From positions 7,936,001-8,000,000 of the forward strand of contig OZ024758.1 in the NCBI GenBank assembly GCA_964016885.1: DNA of 64,000 bases, in the 5' to 3' direction. Within the stretch, counting starts at the first letter, position 1. Every line of letters begins with the position of its first letter. The stretch comes from Eledone cirrhosa. Lineage: Eukaryota. The translations under genes and the position numbers were made by a program. Shown here one piece after another: positions 12,036-26,023 of this stretch. Under the pieces are notes generated by a model. The model made no database searches. It saw only the letters and a program-made list of their open reading frames with translations, and had not been told where the DNA came from.

Positions 12036-12570
12036 TATGACTCCAACAGATCTTAAGTGCAACCCATTAAACATTAGGTCGTACACTTCCACTTATGACT
12101 CCAACAGATCTTAAGTGCAACCCATTAAACATTAGGTCGTACACTTCCACTTATGACTCCAACAGATCTTAAGTGCAACCCATTAAACATTAGGTCGTAC
12201 ACTTCCACTTATGACTCCAACAGATCTTAAGTGCAACCCATTAAACATTAGGTCGTACACTTCCACTTATGACTCCAACAGATCTTAAGTGCAACCCATT
12301 AAACATTAGGTCGTACACTTCCACTTATGACTCCAACAGATCTTAAGTGCAACCCATTAAACATTAGGTCGTACACTTCCACTTATGACTCCAACAGATC
12401 TTAAGTGCAACCCATTAAACATTAGGTCGTACACTTCCACTTATGACTCCAACAGATCTTAAGTGCAACCCATTAAACATTAGGTCGTACACTTCCACTT
12501 ATGACTCCAACAGATCTTAAGTGCAACCCATTAAACATTAGGTCGTACACTTCCACTTATGACTCCAACA
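11991..12570. repeat. 58-bp tandem repeat, 10 identical copies
   Basis: Unit GATCTTAAGTGCAACCCATTAAACATTAGGTCGTACACTTCCACTTATGACTCCAACA. Confidence 0.97.
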
Positions 12571-12740
12571 GTGTTAATTTATTTACTTTTCTCTTTAGCT
12601 AAAAAGTGTCTCTTCAGATTAAAAAGGTTCCCCAACCCTGATGTAGGAGTTGACTTATAAGCAATGCAAATCTAAAGTAACAGGATTTTGCTCATATCTT
12701 GGGCAAGGGAGTATATAAGAATAGAGTAGGGAGTTAGTAA

Positions 12741-13530
12741 TCATCATCATCGTTGATTAACATTTATCTTCCACGCTAGCATAGGTTAGACGGGTTTGTC
12801 CCATTTAGGGCAAGTTTGGTCGGGTGACCGTGTCTCGCTCATATAGGAGAGTTTCTGGCTAGTTTGCTACGGCTGGATGCCCTTCCTAACGCCAACCACA
12901 TTTACAGTGTGTGTTGGGTACTTTTCGTTGTGACACCAACACAATCACTTTAGAGTGTGGACTGGGCACCTTAGTTGTGTCACAACACAGTGGGGACTAG
13001 GGAGGATGGAGGGGCTTAAGGGGGGAAATGTGGACAGGGTAGTAGAGGAGGATAAAATAAAAGACTGCGGATAATATTTTCAGTGGATAGAAAAAACATC
13101 TACAACAGGAGTTGTTAAGGGTTAATTGTTGAAAGGAAATCATGAGTGTAGTGAGGCTGGGTGTTCCAAACTATAAGTGAGAAACAAAGTCCATCATCAT
13201 CATTGTTTAACAGCCATTTTTTTCCATGCTTAGCATGGGTTAGATGAGTTGTCCCATTGTGAGACAAGTCAGATCAGATGACCGTCTTGCTCATACAATT
13301 TCTGGCTTGGTTTCTACAGCTGAATGCCCTTCCTAATACCAACCACATTTACAGAGTGGACTGGGTGCTTTTTGTTGTGGCACCAAAACGACCACTTTAC
13401 AGTGTGGACTGGGTGCTTTCTGTCGTGACACCTACACAACCACTTTACAGTGTGGACTGGGTGCTTTTTATTGTGGCACCAAAACGGCCACTTTACAGTG
13501 TGGACTGGGTGCTTTTTGTCGTGACACCAA
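12741..13530 (-). mobile_element. Two family C (GAT)n-tailed retroposon copies (12741-12990 and 13193-13530, the latter with four 48-bp units)
   Basis: CTACGGCTGGATGCCCTTCCTAACGCCAACCAC motif and (CAT)n tail. Confidence 0.75.
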
Positions 13531-13999
13531 TTTATTCAAAATATGTTAATTGATATTGCTGAAAAAGATTAGGCTAGGATCTCTAGAGTGCTATTAACAC
13601 GAAGTCTTTGTCAATTAATTCTATTGATTTCTTCCAAATCTCTTTAAAAAATTATTGATCATTAATTTAGAAGTTGTCAGTGTATCTTGAGAGTTTGTTT
13701 CATAACTTATGGAAATTTCTCACGCTGGATATCCTAGTGTACAAAGGACTGACACAGTGTGTTTTCCACCGTTTAAAGTAGAGTGGTATTTTATTAGGAC
13801 TCAAATTACACACTCCCACACATGCACATAAACATGTGTAGAGTAGTATTTTACACACACACGTGTAGTGATATTTTATTAGGACTCACACTACACACAC
13901 ACAGACATGTGCATGCATTACAACCATCAATCTCAATCAAGTATGACTTGGTAGTATGTGCCATACTTTCTTTAAGGGTTTTAGGTGCCCATGTAGTCA

Positions 14000-14296
14000 C
14001 AGACATATACACACGTATATATATATATATATATATACTCTTTTATTTGTTCCAGCCATCTGGCTGGGGCCATACTGGTGCACCGCCCTTATTATATATA
14101 TATATATATAAACCCATTCTAGCATGGAAGATAGACATTGAACGATGATGATGATAATATATATATACACACACGCATCATCGCCCACATGAGTCATTGT
14201 ACACTATATGTGTGTGTGTGTGTATCATCATCATCATCATCATTTAACGTCCATCATCCACGCTAGTATGGGTTATATATATGCACACATATACAG

Positions 14297-14379
<83 letters not shown>

Positions 14380-14694
14380 TATATACATACACACACACAC
14401 ATATATGTGTGTATCATCATCATCATCATTTAACGTCCATCTTCCACGCTAGCATGGGTTTAACGAAGGAAATGTGGTAAGGAACCAGGTGGACCCTCAC
14501 GCACCAAAGTACTCAATACTTAGGGTAGTTCTGGACTATATATATATATATATATATATATGTATACACATACAGACTCACACACATATATATATACACA
14601 TACAGACACACACACACACATATATATATATGTACACACACACACACATATATACATACACACACACACACACACACATATATACACACACACA

Positions 14695-14738
<44 letters not shown>

Positions 14739-15178
14739 CACACACACACACATATATACACACACACACATATACACATACACACACACACATACACATA
14801 CACAAAAACACACACAAACATACACATACATACATCTACATATTTTATACAATGACATATGTAGGAAGAAGCAATTGAAGTTTGTGAAAGCAAACAACTG
14901 TTGGAAAATCATTCATTTTGTGTCCAATGATGAAAAATTAATAATTCTGGAAAATGAATTGCATCAGTTGAAATCAAAGAGATTAAACTAGTTTGAATCA
15001 AAGTTCAGCAGAGAAGTTGTTTATTTAATAGTCGGTAATTCCACTTCAACAACTGCAATTGTAATACTTCAACTTTCTAAACCCATTAATAATGACACTA
15101 ATGTCAGGAGCACTTTAAAATTTGTCCACCTCTACTCTTTATTTCTTTTACTCTCTCTCTCTCTCTCTCTACCTCTTT

Positions 15179-15271
<93 letters not shown>

Positions 15272-15413
15272 CACACATATATATACACACATACATATAC
15301 ATATATATATATATACACATACACACATATATATACATACACATATATATACACACACACACACATGTATACACACACACACACACACACATTATATAGA
15401 GAGCAAAAGAGAA

Positions 15414-15444
<31 letters not shown>

Positions 15445-15614
15445 CACACATATATATACATACATACATATACATATATATATATATACACATACACACA
15501 TATATATACACACACACACATTATATAGAGAGCAAAAGAGAAATATATATATATATATATATATACACATACACACATATATATACATACATACATATAC
15601 ATACACATATATAT

Positions 15615-15647
<33 letters not shown>

Positions 15648-15753
15648 CACAAACATTATATAGAGAGCAAAAGAGAAATATATATATATATATATATATA
15701 TACATACACACATATATATACATACATACATACATATACATACACATATATAT

Positions 15754-15784
<31 letters not shown>

Positions 15785-15814
15785 CACAAACATTATATAG
15801 AGAGCAAAAGAGAA

Positions 15815-15886
<72 letters not shown>

Positions 15887-16226
15887 CTCTTTTGCTCTCT
15901 ATATAATGTTTGTGTATATATATATATATATGTGTGTGTGTGTATATATATGTGTATGTATATGTATGTATGTATGTATGTATATATATGTGTGTATGTA
16001 TATATATATATTTATATTTCTCTTTTGCTCTCTATATAATGTTTGTGTATATATATATATATGTGTGTGTGTGTATATATATGTGTATGTATATGTATGT
16101 ATGTATATATATGTGTGTATGTGTATATATATATATATATATATTTATATTTCTCTTTTGCTCTCTATATAATGTGTGTGTGTATATATATATGTGTGTG
16201 TGTGTATATATGTATATGTGTGTGTG

Positions 16227-16257
<31 letters not shown>

Positions 16258-16390
16258 ATATATGTATATGTGTGTGTGTGTATATATGTATATGTGCATG
16301 TGTATATATGTATATGTGTGTGTGTGTATATATATATATGTATATATGTGTATGTGTGTGTGTATATATATATTTATATGTATATGTGTG

Positions 16391-16429
<39 letters not shown>

Positions 16430-16524
16430 ATGTATAACTCAGCTTGTGAAGACCCATCCTGCTCTTGCTGGCAGGGAAAATGGATGTTAGATGATGTATG
16501 TATATGGATATGCATGTGTGTGTA

Positions 16525-16592
<68 letters not shown>
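14000..16592. repeat. Compound (TA)n/(CA)n/(CT)n microsatellite region containing a ~135-bp-period repeat and its inverted copy
   Basis: Direct reading; explains all the [10 protein letters not shown] ORFs. Confidence 0.95.
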
Positions 16593-16772
16593 TTCTTTTA
16601 CTGCAACAATCAACATTGATACTTTACCTGTTCTTGTTTTAACAGTTTGCAGTGATCCATATGTCATATATGCTAACATTAATACCTGCCCTATCAACTC
16701 TGCATTACCAACTGCCGCAGTTGGCTTGAACAAATGCTCTGATATTCTTGAAAATAAATTATAAATTCTAGC

Positions 16773-16883
16773 TTATATCTGTCCATTCCACTTCGAGTTA
16801 GCTACATTTTCATATCTCTTTGAATTTGATTTATTAGGGAAAACTGGTCTCTCGGCCATCAATTCCACGAATTTCTCTTCCAT
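16773..16883 (-). pseudogene. Possible decayed MADF/Myb-SANT fragment (Harbinger-type accessory gene)
   Basis: MEEKFVELMAERPVFPNKSNSKRYENVANSKWNGQI* loosely resembles MADF N-termini (E.LIELV.ERP.L...S...Y.N.....W). Confidence 0.3.
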
Positions 16884-17371
16884 ACATTCCTAATTTCAAA
16901 CTCTGGGAGCCATAATCTGAATTATGAGGCTTTTAAAATTCAGTCTTTGTGATTGACTTTTGACATTTTCAGCTGATACTGTTGGTGACAAAAATCTAAT
17001 TAGAGCATAGGTACACAAGAGATGTAGTGGAATTGTAGGCAGACTAACAGAAAGGGTAGACTTTATAAGTTAAAGAGGCAGAAGTATAGTTAGTAGTAGG
17101 AGTTCCAGTGGAATAAATTCTTCCTAGCCTTGGAAGACTATAAAAGGCCAGTTCTATGATGCCTGAGTGTAAGGTGTCGGAGGATATGGGGGGGGGGGGA
17201 TGGAGAGAAATGAAGTAAGCTCCGATGGATGTGTGGTATCAATACTGTTGGTGACAAAAATCTAATTAGAGATTTTCTAGTTATCTATTGTCTTCGTTAC
17301 TGTCCCGGATTGTTGGTCATGTGACGGTGCTTCTGGGAAGTCAAAGAATACTGGAGAAATATGGAATGGTA

Positions 17372-17404
<33 letters not shown>

Positions 17405-18171
17405 ATCATCATGTGCAACCCCCATCACGTCCCCTCCCTTTTGAGGTTATTTTCGATTATTTTCATGTTACACCCTTTTTACTCGATTATATGTAAACTC
17501 CCCCTTTGTATTTGTCCCTTCTTTTTATGCCTTTATGGTAAATAAAGAAATCTATCTATCTATCATCATCATCATCATCATATATCATCACTATCATCAT
17601 CACAATCATCATCATCATCAACAGCATCATCATCATATCATCACTATCATCATCACAAGCAGCAGCATCATATCATCATCAGCAGCAGCAGCAGCATCAG
17701 CAGCAGAAGCATCATCATCTCCATCATCATTGATTTCATGTCCATTTTTTCATGCTGGCTTGGCTTAGGAAAGAGTTTTTTTTTTTTTTTTGTTTTTTTT
17801 GTAACAGTAGTCTATGGGCTGGTGCTTCTCCTGGTGCCAGTCCTCATCTTCTTATAAGTATGGTTCTTGAAAATGTATAAAGTACCCCATTCAACCAAGC
17901 TTTGTATGTTGAGTCACTTAGTTATGTGGGACATAAACAAACATCACCGGCTGTCCAAGAAAACACATTCATATCATTTTAGCTTCAAGAGGAAACTATA
18001 GACACATCAAGTTAATGGACCAGATTATAAAAGTTAATTGAATTTATAGCTGATTAAGTGTAGAATTAACCTAGATAAGATGCTGTGTTGTGTTGTGCCA
18101 AGAAGAACTATTGTCAATGCCATCTTCTTAGACAAATATTAGGACAAAATGAATTAACATAAAAGATTTAA

Positions 18172-19544
18172 CCCTTTAGCATTTACATTGCTCTATATAT
18201 ACTATTGTATTTTCATGGTAAAGGCTTTACCTCACATAATATCTCGCATAACATTTACATTGCTCTATATATACTATTGTATTTTCATGGTAAAGGCTTT
18301 ACCTCACATAATATCTCGCATAACATTTACATTGCTCTATATATACTATTGTATTTTCATGGTAAAGGCTTTACCTCACATAATATCTCACATAACATTT
18401 ACATTGCTCTATATATACTATTGTATTTTCATGGTAAAGGCTTTACCTCACATAATATCTCACATAACATTTACATTGCTCTATATATACTATTGTATTT
18501 TCATGGTAAAGGCTTTACCTCACATAATATCTCACATAACATTTACATTGCTCTATATATACTATTGTATTTTCATGGTAAAGGCTTTACCTCACATAAT
18601 ATCTCACATAACATTTACATTGCTCTATATATACTATTGTATTTTCATGGTAAAGGCTTTACCTCACATAATATCTCACATAACATTTACATTGCTCTAT
18701 ATATACTATTGTATTTTCATGGTAAAGGCTTTACCTCACATAATATCTCACATAACATTTACATTGCTCTATATATACTATTGTATTTTCATGGTAAAGG
18801 CTTTACCTCACATAATATCTCACATAACATTTACATTGCTCGATATATACTATTGTATTTTCATGGTAAAGGCTTTACCTCACATAATATCTCACATAAC
18901 ATTTACATTGCTCTATATATACTATTGTATTTTCATGGTAAAGGCTTTACCTCACATAATATCTCACATAACATTTACATTGCTCTATATATACTATTGT
19001 ATCTTCATGGTAAAGGCTTTACCTCACATAATATCTCACATAACATTTACATTGCTCTATATATACTATTGTATTTTCATGGTAAAGGCTTTACCTCACA
19101 TAATATCTCACATAACATTTACATTGCTCTATATATACTATTGTATTTTCATGGTAAAGGCTTTACCTCACATAATATCTCACATAACATTTACATTGCT
19201 CTATATATACTATTGTATCTTCATGGTAAAGGCTTTACCTCACATAATATCTCACATAACATTTACATTGCTCTATATATACTATTGTATTTTCATGGTA
19301 AAGGCTTTACCTCACATAATATCTCACATAACATTTACATTGCTCTATATATACTATTGTATTTTCATGGTAAAGGCTTTACTTCACATAATTATCTCAC
19401 ATAATATCGAATCTATGAGATTTCAATGTTATTTATTTTGAGAACAATACCTTAATATCAGTATGGGCAGCCCGTTACAGCCAGTTTGACCAGAAAAAGG
19501 TGAGAGAATTCTGGCCGAATATGGCCGGTTTAAATGCTACAGAG
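18172..19544. mobile_element. piggyBac-type MITE expanded by ~17 copies of an internal 72-bp unit (18180-19403)
   Basis: TTAA|CCCTTTAGCATTTA ... TAAATGCTACAGAG|TTAA; unexpanded copies are ~210-220 bp. Confidence 0.9.
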
Positions 19545-19626
19545 TTAATCATAATTATCAAGTTTCTTAGTTATTTTATCAATTTCTTTTTGCTGAACAC
19601 AAACACACTCACATATATACATATAT

Positions 19627-19856
19627 CTGGATGCCCTTTCTAACACCAACCACGTTTACAGTGTGGGCATGGTAAAAACCTCCCAGTCCACACTGTAAAC
19701 GTGGTTGGTGTTAGGGAGGGCATCCAGCCGTAGAAAACCCGTCAGACAGTCCTATAAGAGCAAGACAACCAATCTTGCCTCAAGTGGGAAAAATCCCGTC
19801 CAAACCCATGCAAGCGTGGAAGACGGACGTTAAACGATGATGATGATGATGATGAT
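19627..19856 (+). mobile_element. Family C copy with an inverted duplication at its 5' junction
   Basis: 40-bp inverted arms at 19627-19666 / 19688-19727; ends GGACGTTAAAC(GAT)n. Confidence 0.8.
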
Positions 19857-20161
19857 ACATGCAGATATTGAGCTTCTACATACTTTCTCTCTACCAAATT
19901 CCATTCATAAGACATTAGTCAACCTGAAGTTCCAGTAGAAGAGACTTGCCCAAGGTGCATCACTGTGGGATGTAACCCCAACACCACATGGTTGTGAAAT
20001 AAACTCCTTAACTACACCTCTGTCTGCTTTTTCCATCCTCATTCTATCTTCTGATGAAGGACTAGCATCTGAAACGTTGACACTATTTTCCTCTTATATG
20101 AAATGTTAAAGTAATATATATATATCATCATTATACTGTATTCTTTTCACCTGTTGGCTTT

Positions 20162-20223
20162 TCACACACACACACATATATATACATGCACACATACACA
20201 TATATATATGCATGCACACACAC

Positions 20224-20260
<37 letters not shown>

Positions 20261-20353
20261 TACATATATATATGTATGCATACACACACACACACATATA
20301 TATATACATACACACACACACATACATACATATATATATATATGCATACACAC

Positions 20354-20406
<53 letters not shown>

Positions 20407-20463
20407 TACATATATATATATGTATGCATACACACACACATATACACACATACATATATACAT

Positions 20464-20505
<42 letters not shown>

Positions 20506-20653
20506 GCATGCACACACACATATATATATGCATTCACACACACATATATATATGCATGCACACACATATATATATATGCATGCACACACACATATATATA
20601 TACATACACACACACTCATACATATATATATGCATACACATACACATATACAC

Positions 20654-20684
<31 letters not shown>

Positions 20685-20765
20685 TATATATATGCATGCA
20701 CACACACACATATATATATATATATACACATACATATAGACTCATATGTATGCACACACACATAT
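20162..20765. repeat. Compound (CA)/(TA) microsatellite
   Basis: Direct reading. Confidence 0.95.
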
Positions 20766-21000
20766 CTTTCCCCACTATTACAGTGGCCAAATGACAGACC
20801 CAAAATTGCTCATCATATGACAGGTAACAGTCTAGAAAACTGATAAATTACAGAAATGAAATTATAGAAATTGAATTTCTGTTTAATTTAGAAGCCTGTT
20901 ATATATTCATTAGATTATCTTTTTTGTGTGTATGTGCCCCAAAGGCTTTACACCAGGTTTATACATTTCTTTAGTTATTTCATTTTTCAAGTCACATAGT

Positions 21001-21485
21001 ATCATCATCATCATCATTATCATCATCATCATCACCGTTTTACGTCCGTTCTTCCACGCTAGCATGGGTTAGACGGGTTGTCCTGTTGTGGGCAGTGTCT
21101 GGTCGGCTGACCATGCCTTGCTCATACAGGAACTGATCTGGCTTGATTTCTACAGCTGGATGCCCTTCCTAACACCAACCTCATTTACAGTGAGTGCTGG
21201 GTGCTTTTTCGTGGCGCCTACACGTCCACTTTACAGTGTGGGCTGGGTGCATTTTTGCCGTGGCACCTCCACGACCACCTTGCGGTGGGGGGAGTGGGGG
21301 CATATTGTTTATATGCTTCAGCATGTACCCATGGGAGGTCGGGTACCCTGTATTACTGCGTGACGCCAGAAGTCACGGTCGTGTCTCATTGTCTTTGAGA
21401 GGTGTAGTTGGGTAAGGTCGGCTTTTATCACCTCATCCCAAGTCATCTTGGGTCTCCCCACTCCGCGGTTTCCATCAACTTCTAG
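21001..21485 (-). mobile_element. RTE-type LINE 3' end plus family C tail
   Basis: Minus strand reads like VDGNRGVGRPKMTWDEVIKADL; (GAT)n tail. Confidence 0.7.
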
Positions 21486-21592
21486 TATATTTAAATATAT
21501 TAATACTATGTCATAATAGAGTGTATATGTTAAACAGTATAGACCAACATGATATATTAAATAACAGCGAAAGACATAAACTACTATGTTAA

Positions 21593-22187
21593 CCTTTTAG
21601 CATTTGAACCGGTTGTATCCAGCCAGAATTTTCTCACCTCTTTCTGTTCAAACTGGCCATAGTAGCCAGCTGCTCATACTCATGTTAAGGTATTGTTCTC
21701 AAAATAAATAATTGTTTCTACTTTAGGCACAAGGCCAGCAATTATCCAGTGCATTACTGGCACCTTATTTTGTCGACCCCGTGGTAAAGTCTTTACCTCA
21801 CATAGCATTTACATTACTTTATATATACTATTATATTTTCATGGTAAAGTCTTTACCTTACATAACATTTACATTACTCTATATATACTATTGTATTTTC
21901 ATGGTAAAGTCTTTACCTTACATAACATTTACATTACTTTATATATACTATTGTATTTTCATGGTAAAGGCTTTACCTCACATAATATTTACATTACTCT
22001 ATATATACTATTATATTTTCACAGTAAAGGCTTTACCTCACATAATTATCTCACATAATATCGAGGCTATGAGAATTTGATATTATTTATATTCAGAACA
22101 ATACCTTAATGTCAGTATGAGTGGCCAGTATAGTCAGTTTGAACAGAAAAGGTGAGAGAGTTTGGGCCAGATATAGCCGGTTTAAAT
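21593..22187. mobile_element. Rearranged piggyBac-type MITE pieces with an internal 60-bp repeat (~4.5 copies, 21781-22050) and a SINE A fragment
   Basis: Same family as 18172-19544; four aligned 60-nt units. Confidence 0.8.
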
Positions 22188-23009
22188 GACCAACATTATA
22201 TATTTAATATATTAAACAACAGCCAAAAGCCTATACAAAGACTACCATTTGATATAAAAGAACATTAACATTTCATCTTTACAAAGCAATATCATAGGGA
22301 AAGCTGTATATGTTTTCTCATGAATGAGGTTTATTAAAATCCAAATGCTGTTGACTGTAGAAATATGGTATGAAATACATAAACGATGCAACTATTTCAA
22401 TGGAGAACTGCTTCTCTCTCTATAACCTGGTTGTAATAAGTTTTGAATTAATATTGTAAAGTTATTGCTCTCCTTAAAAGTTATTGCTTCTAGCCATTTT
22501 GTTTAAATGAAAAATAAAAGTACATTAATAAGGACTGACCCTATTCTAATTACTGCCTCTAATGAAACATTCCTTCAATGAAATTCTCATTGCTTATAAA
22601 CTTAAAGACAGTAATTCAGCATATTAAAAATAAATAAATAAGTTAATTACTTTGCTTTTCTATGTAAACTGTTAATGTAAGGAATTACATGTGTGTTTTT
22701 GAAATATGTGGGTCAGTTGAAAAGGTCATAGGCTGACCAAGATGCTCTCATGGAATGACCAAATGAGGTTTATTTTTCAACATAGTCCCTGGAAAGAAAC
22801 AATGCAATTATTAATAAGAAGAGTTGAAATTAATGCTCTAGCATCATACTTCATAGCCTGACCAAGATGCTCTCATGGAATGACCAAATGAGGTTTATTT
22901 TTCAACATAGTCCCTGGAAAGAAACAATGCTGTTACGGCCACATTACAGCGTGGACTGTATATACACACATATATATATATATATATATATGTATATTTG
23001 TATATATAT

Positions 23010-23352
23010 ATCATCATCATCATTTCATTTTACGTCCGCTTTTTCCCTGCTTGCAAGGGTGGGACGGGAACTGATGCTGGCTTGATTTCTACAGCTGGAT
23101 GCCCTTCCTAACACCAACCTCATTTACAGTGAGTGCTGGGTGCTTTTTTTGCCGTGGCACCACTGCAAGGTGCCACGGCAGTGGAATGATATGGACCCCA
23201 GTCCCTATCATCTCATTTCTACAGCTGAGTAAACTGGGGCAATGTGAAATAAAGTGTCTTGCTCAAGGAAACAACGCATCACCCGGTCTGAGAATTGAAC
23301 TCACAACCTTTTGATTGCAAGGCCAATGCTCTAACCACTAAGCCATGTGCCT

Positions 23353-23355
<3 letters not shown>
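23010..23355 (-). mobile_element. Full-length SINE: family B tRNA head, CORE-like box and RTE-derived (GAT)n tail
   Basis: Minus strand GGAGGCACATGGCTTAGTGGTTAGAGC...GAGTTCAATTC...CCTTGAGCAAGACACTT...GGACGTAAAA then a GAT tail; second copy at 48383-48733. Confidence 0.8.
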
Positions 23356-23397
<42 letters not shown>

Positions 23398-23619
23398 ATA
23401 TCTATATATATATATATATACTTGTAGTTTATGCTGTCATTGTAATTTCCCCCTATTTCACTCCTCTTTGATATGTTGATGTAAAGAAATGTTGGAAGAA
23501 TAAACTCTGAAATGACTGAAAGTGATGTAACATGTCTTACAACTCCTGCATGTCTTCAATCACTGTCTTTTATACATTACAGTCCATCTGAGTCACTGTT
23601 GAACATAACTTCTTCGCAA

Positions 23620-24335
<716 letters not shown>

Positions 24336-24615
24336 ACTCCATTGATATATCTTCTCTTCCAAAGTTTAAGCATCATTTTCCTTAATTATTGCTTTAGACT
24401 CTACATCCTATTGCTCTCTGAAACGTGGAAGAAATGTATTTATTCTGTTGCCTTTTAATCTGTTTGATCATTCTAATTATTGATCTCAGAAACAATTTGT
24501 TTCATGAATGACCATTGAACATCTTTCTAGAAGTATTTCTACTGCTTATGAACAAATATATCCACTAAGGTTTTTGTTATTTCTGATTCCCTTTTGTATT
24601 TTTCCATAGAAAGAT

Positions 24616-25024
24616 GTAAAATTTCTAGCAATCTGTATATTGTAAAATTTCTAGCAATCTGTATATTGTTAAAATTTCTAGCAATCTGTATATTGTTAAA
24701 ATTTCTAGCAATCTGTATATTGTTAAAATTTCTAGCAATCTGTATATTGTTAAAATTTCTAGCAATCTGTATATTGTTAAAATTTCTAGCAATCTGTATA
24801 TTGTTAAAATTTCTAGCAATCTGTATATTGTTAAAATTTCTAGCAATCTGTATATTGTTAAAATTTCTAGCAATCTGTATATTGTAAAATTTCTAGCAAT
24901 CTGTATATTGTTAAAATTTCTAGCAATCTGTATATTGTTAAAATTTCTAGCAATCTGTATATTGTTAAAATTTCTAGCAATCTGTATATTGTTAAAATTT
25001 CTAGCAATCTGTATATTGTTAAAA
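24616..25024. repeat. 27-bp minisatellite, ~15 copies
   Basis: Unit AAAATTTCTAGCAATCTGTATATTGTT. Confidence 0.97.
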
Positions 25025-25113
25025 CAAATAAATATATTATAGGATATTGTTGCTACTAGTTTCTGTCTTTGAAATAAATATGATGTATTTGAATAAATAT
25101 GATATATACAGCA

Positions 25114-25190
25114 TGGAGGCACATGGCTTAGTGGTTAGAGCATTGGCCTTGCAATCGAAAGGTTGTGAGTTCAATTCTCAGACCGGGTGA
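25114..25190 (+). mobile_element. SINE family B tRNA-like head
   Basis: A box TGGCTTAGTGG, B box GAGTTCAATTC; nearly identical to the heads at 23355 and 48733. Confidence 0.8.
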
Positions 25191-25269
25191 TATAGATAGA
25201 TGGATAGATAGATAGATAGATATGCACATATATATTTTATTTTATTTGTCATCTTTTACTTCAATACCA

Positions 25270-25313
<44 letters not shown>

Positions 25314-25432
25314 AGAAATAGAAGGTTTTGCCATATTTTGACTAAAGAAATTTAACCTTGTTGTGGGGTTTAAAATCATATGTATGTATGTATTCCGCAT
25401 TATACCAGCTTTCTGAAGTTCTTATGACTTAT

Positions 25433-25481
<49 letters not shown>

Positions 25482-26023
25482 CATCAGTAGTACACAACAG
25501 AGATAGCGCTGCACAGCAGTTAGGCATGCAAATATTCATGACTTTTTTTTTTTTAAAGTGTATTGGCGTCAGAAATAGCATCCAGCTGCAGAATTCTGCC
25601 ACAAAATGTCTCTTCCAATCCATGCTAGCATTGAATAATGGCTGTAAAACTAATAATGTTGCTGATGATGTACTTAGATATCTTCTTTGACAAATTTTAA
25701 AAGTATTTTCTTCATAGGAAAATCTTTTCCAGGCTATTTTCTAGCTTGGTTTATGTTTTATTTATGTTTCCTACAACATTGTCCTGGTCTTAGAAAGTAT
25801 TCTGCTCAGCTTTAAATCTTAACATCTTGTAATGATTTAATAGAACATATCTAACAGTGTGCTTGTTAAATCAAATGTTTATATTGTCTTTACTTGTGGG
25901 TAGATTATGGATAAACTTTGCATTAAACTAAATACTTCAGTTTTCAATGTGATGCAGTCATAGTGCTGTTTATTTTCAAGAATGTATTGTTAATGTGGTT
26001 TCCATGCAGTACAAGATGAATTA

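Noticed and set aside
14865-14991. Tc1 transposase fragment (RKKQLKFVKANNCW...SNDEK)
   Set aside because: Resemblance is too short and weak, and there are no TIRs
14208-16764. Many [10 protein letters not shown] ORFs (also at 20.1-20.8, 23.5-24.4, 29, 33-34, 50 and 63.4-64 kb)
   Set aside because: Dinucleotide microsatellite translations
18188-19441. 417-aa and 399-aa ORFs
   Set aside because: Translations of a stop-free 72-bp repeat inside a MITE
25114-25190. tRNA gene (Cys-like TTGCAAT loop)
   Set aside because: No acceptor-stem pairing; the same head continues into a SINE body at 23355 and 48733
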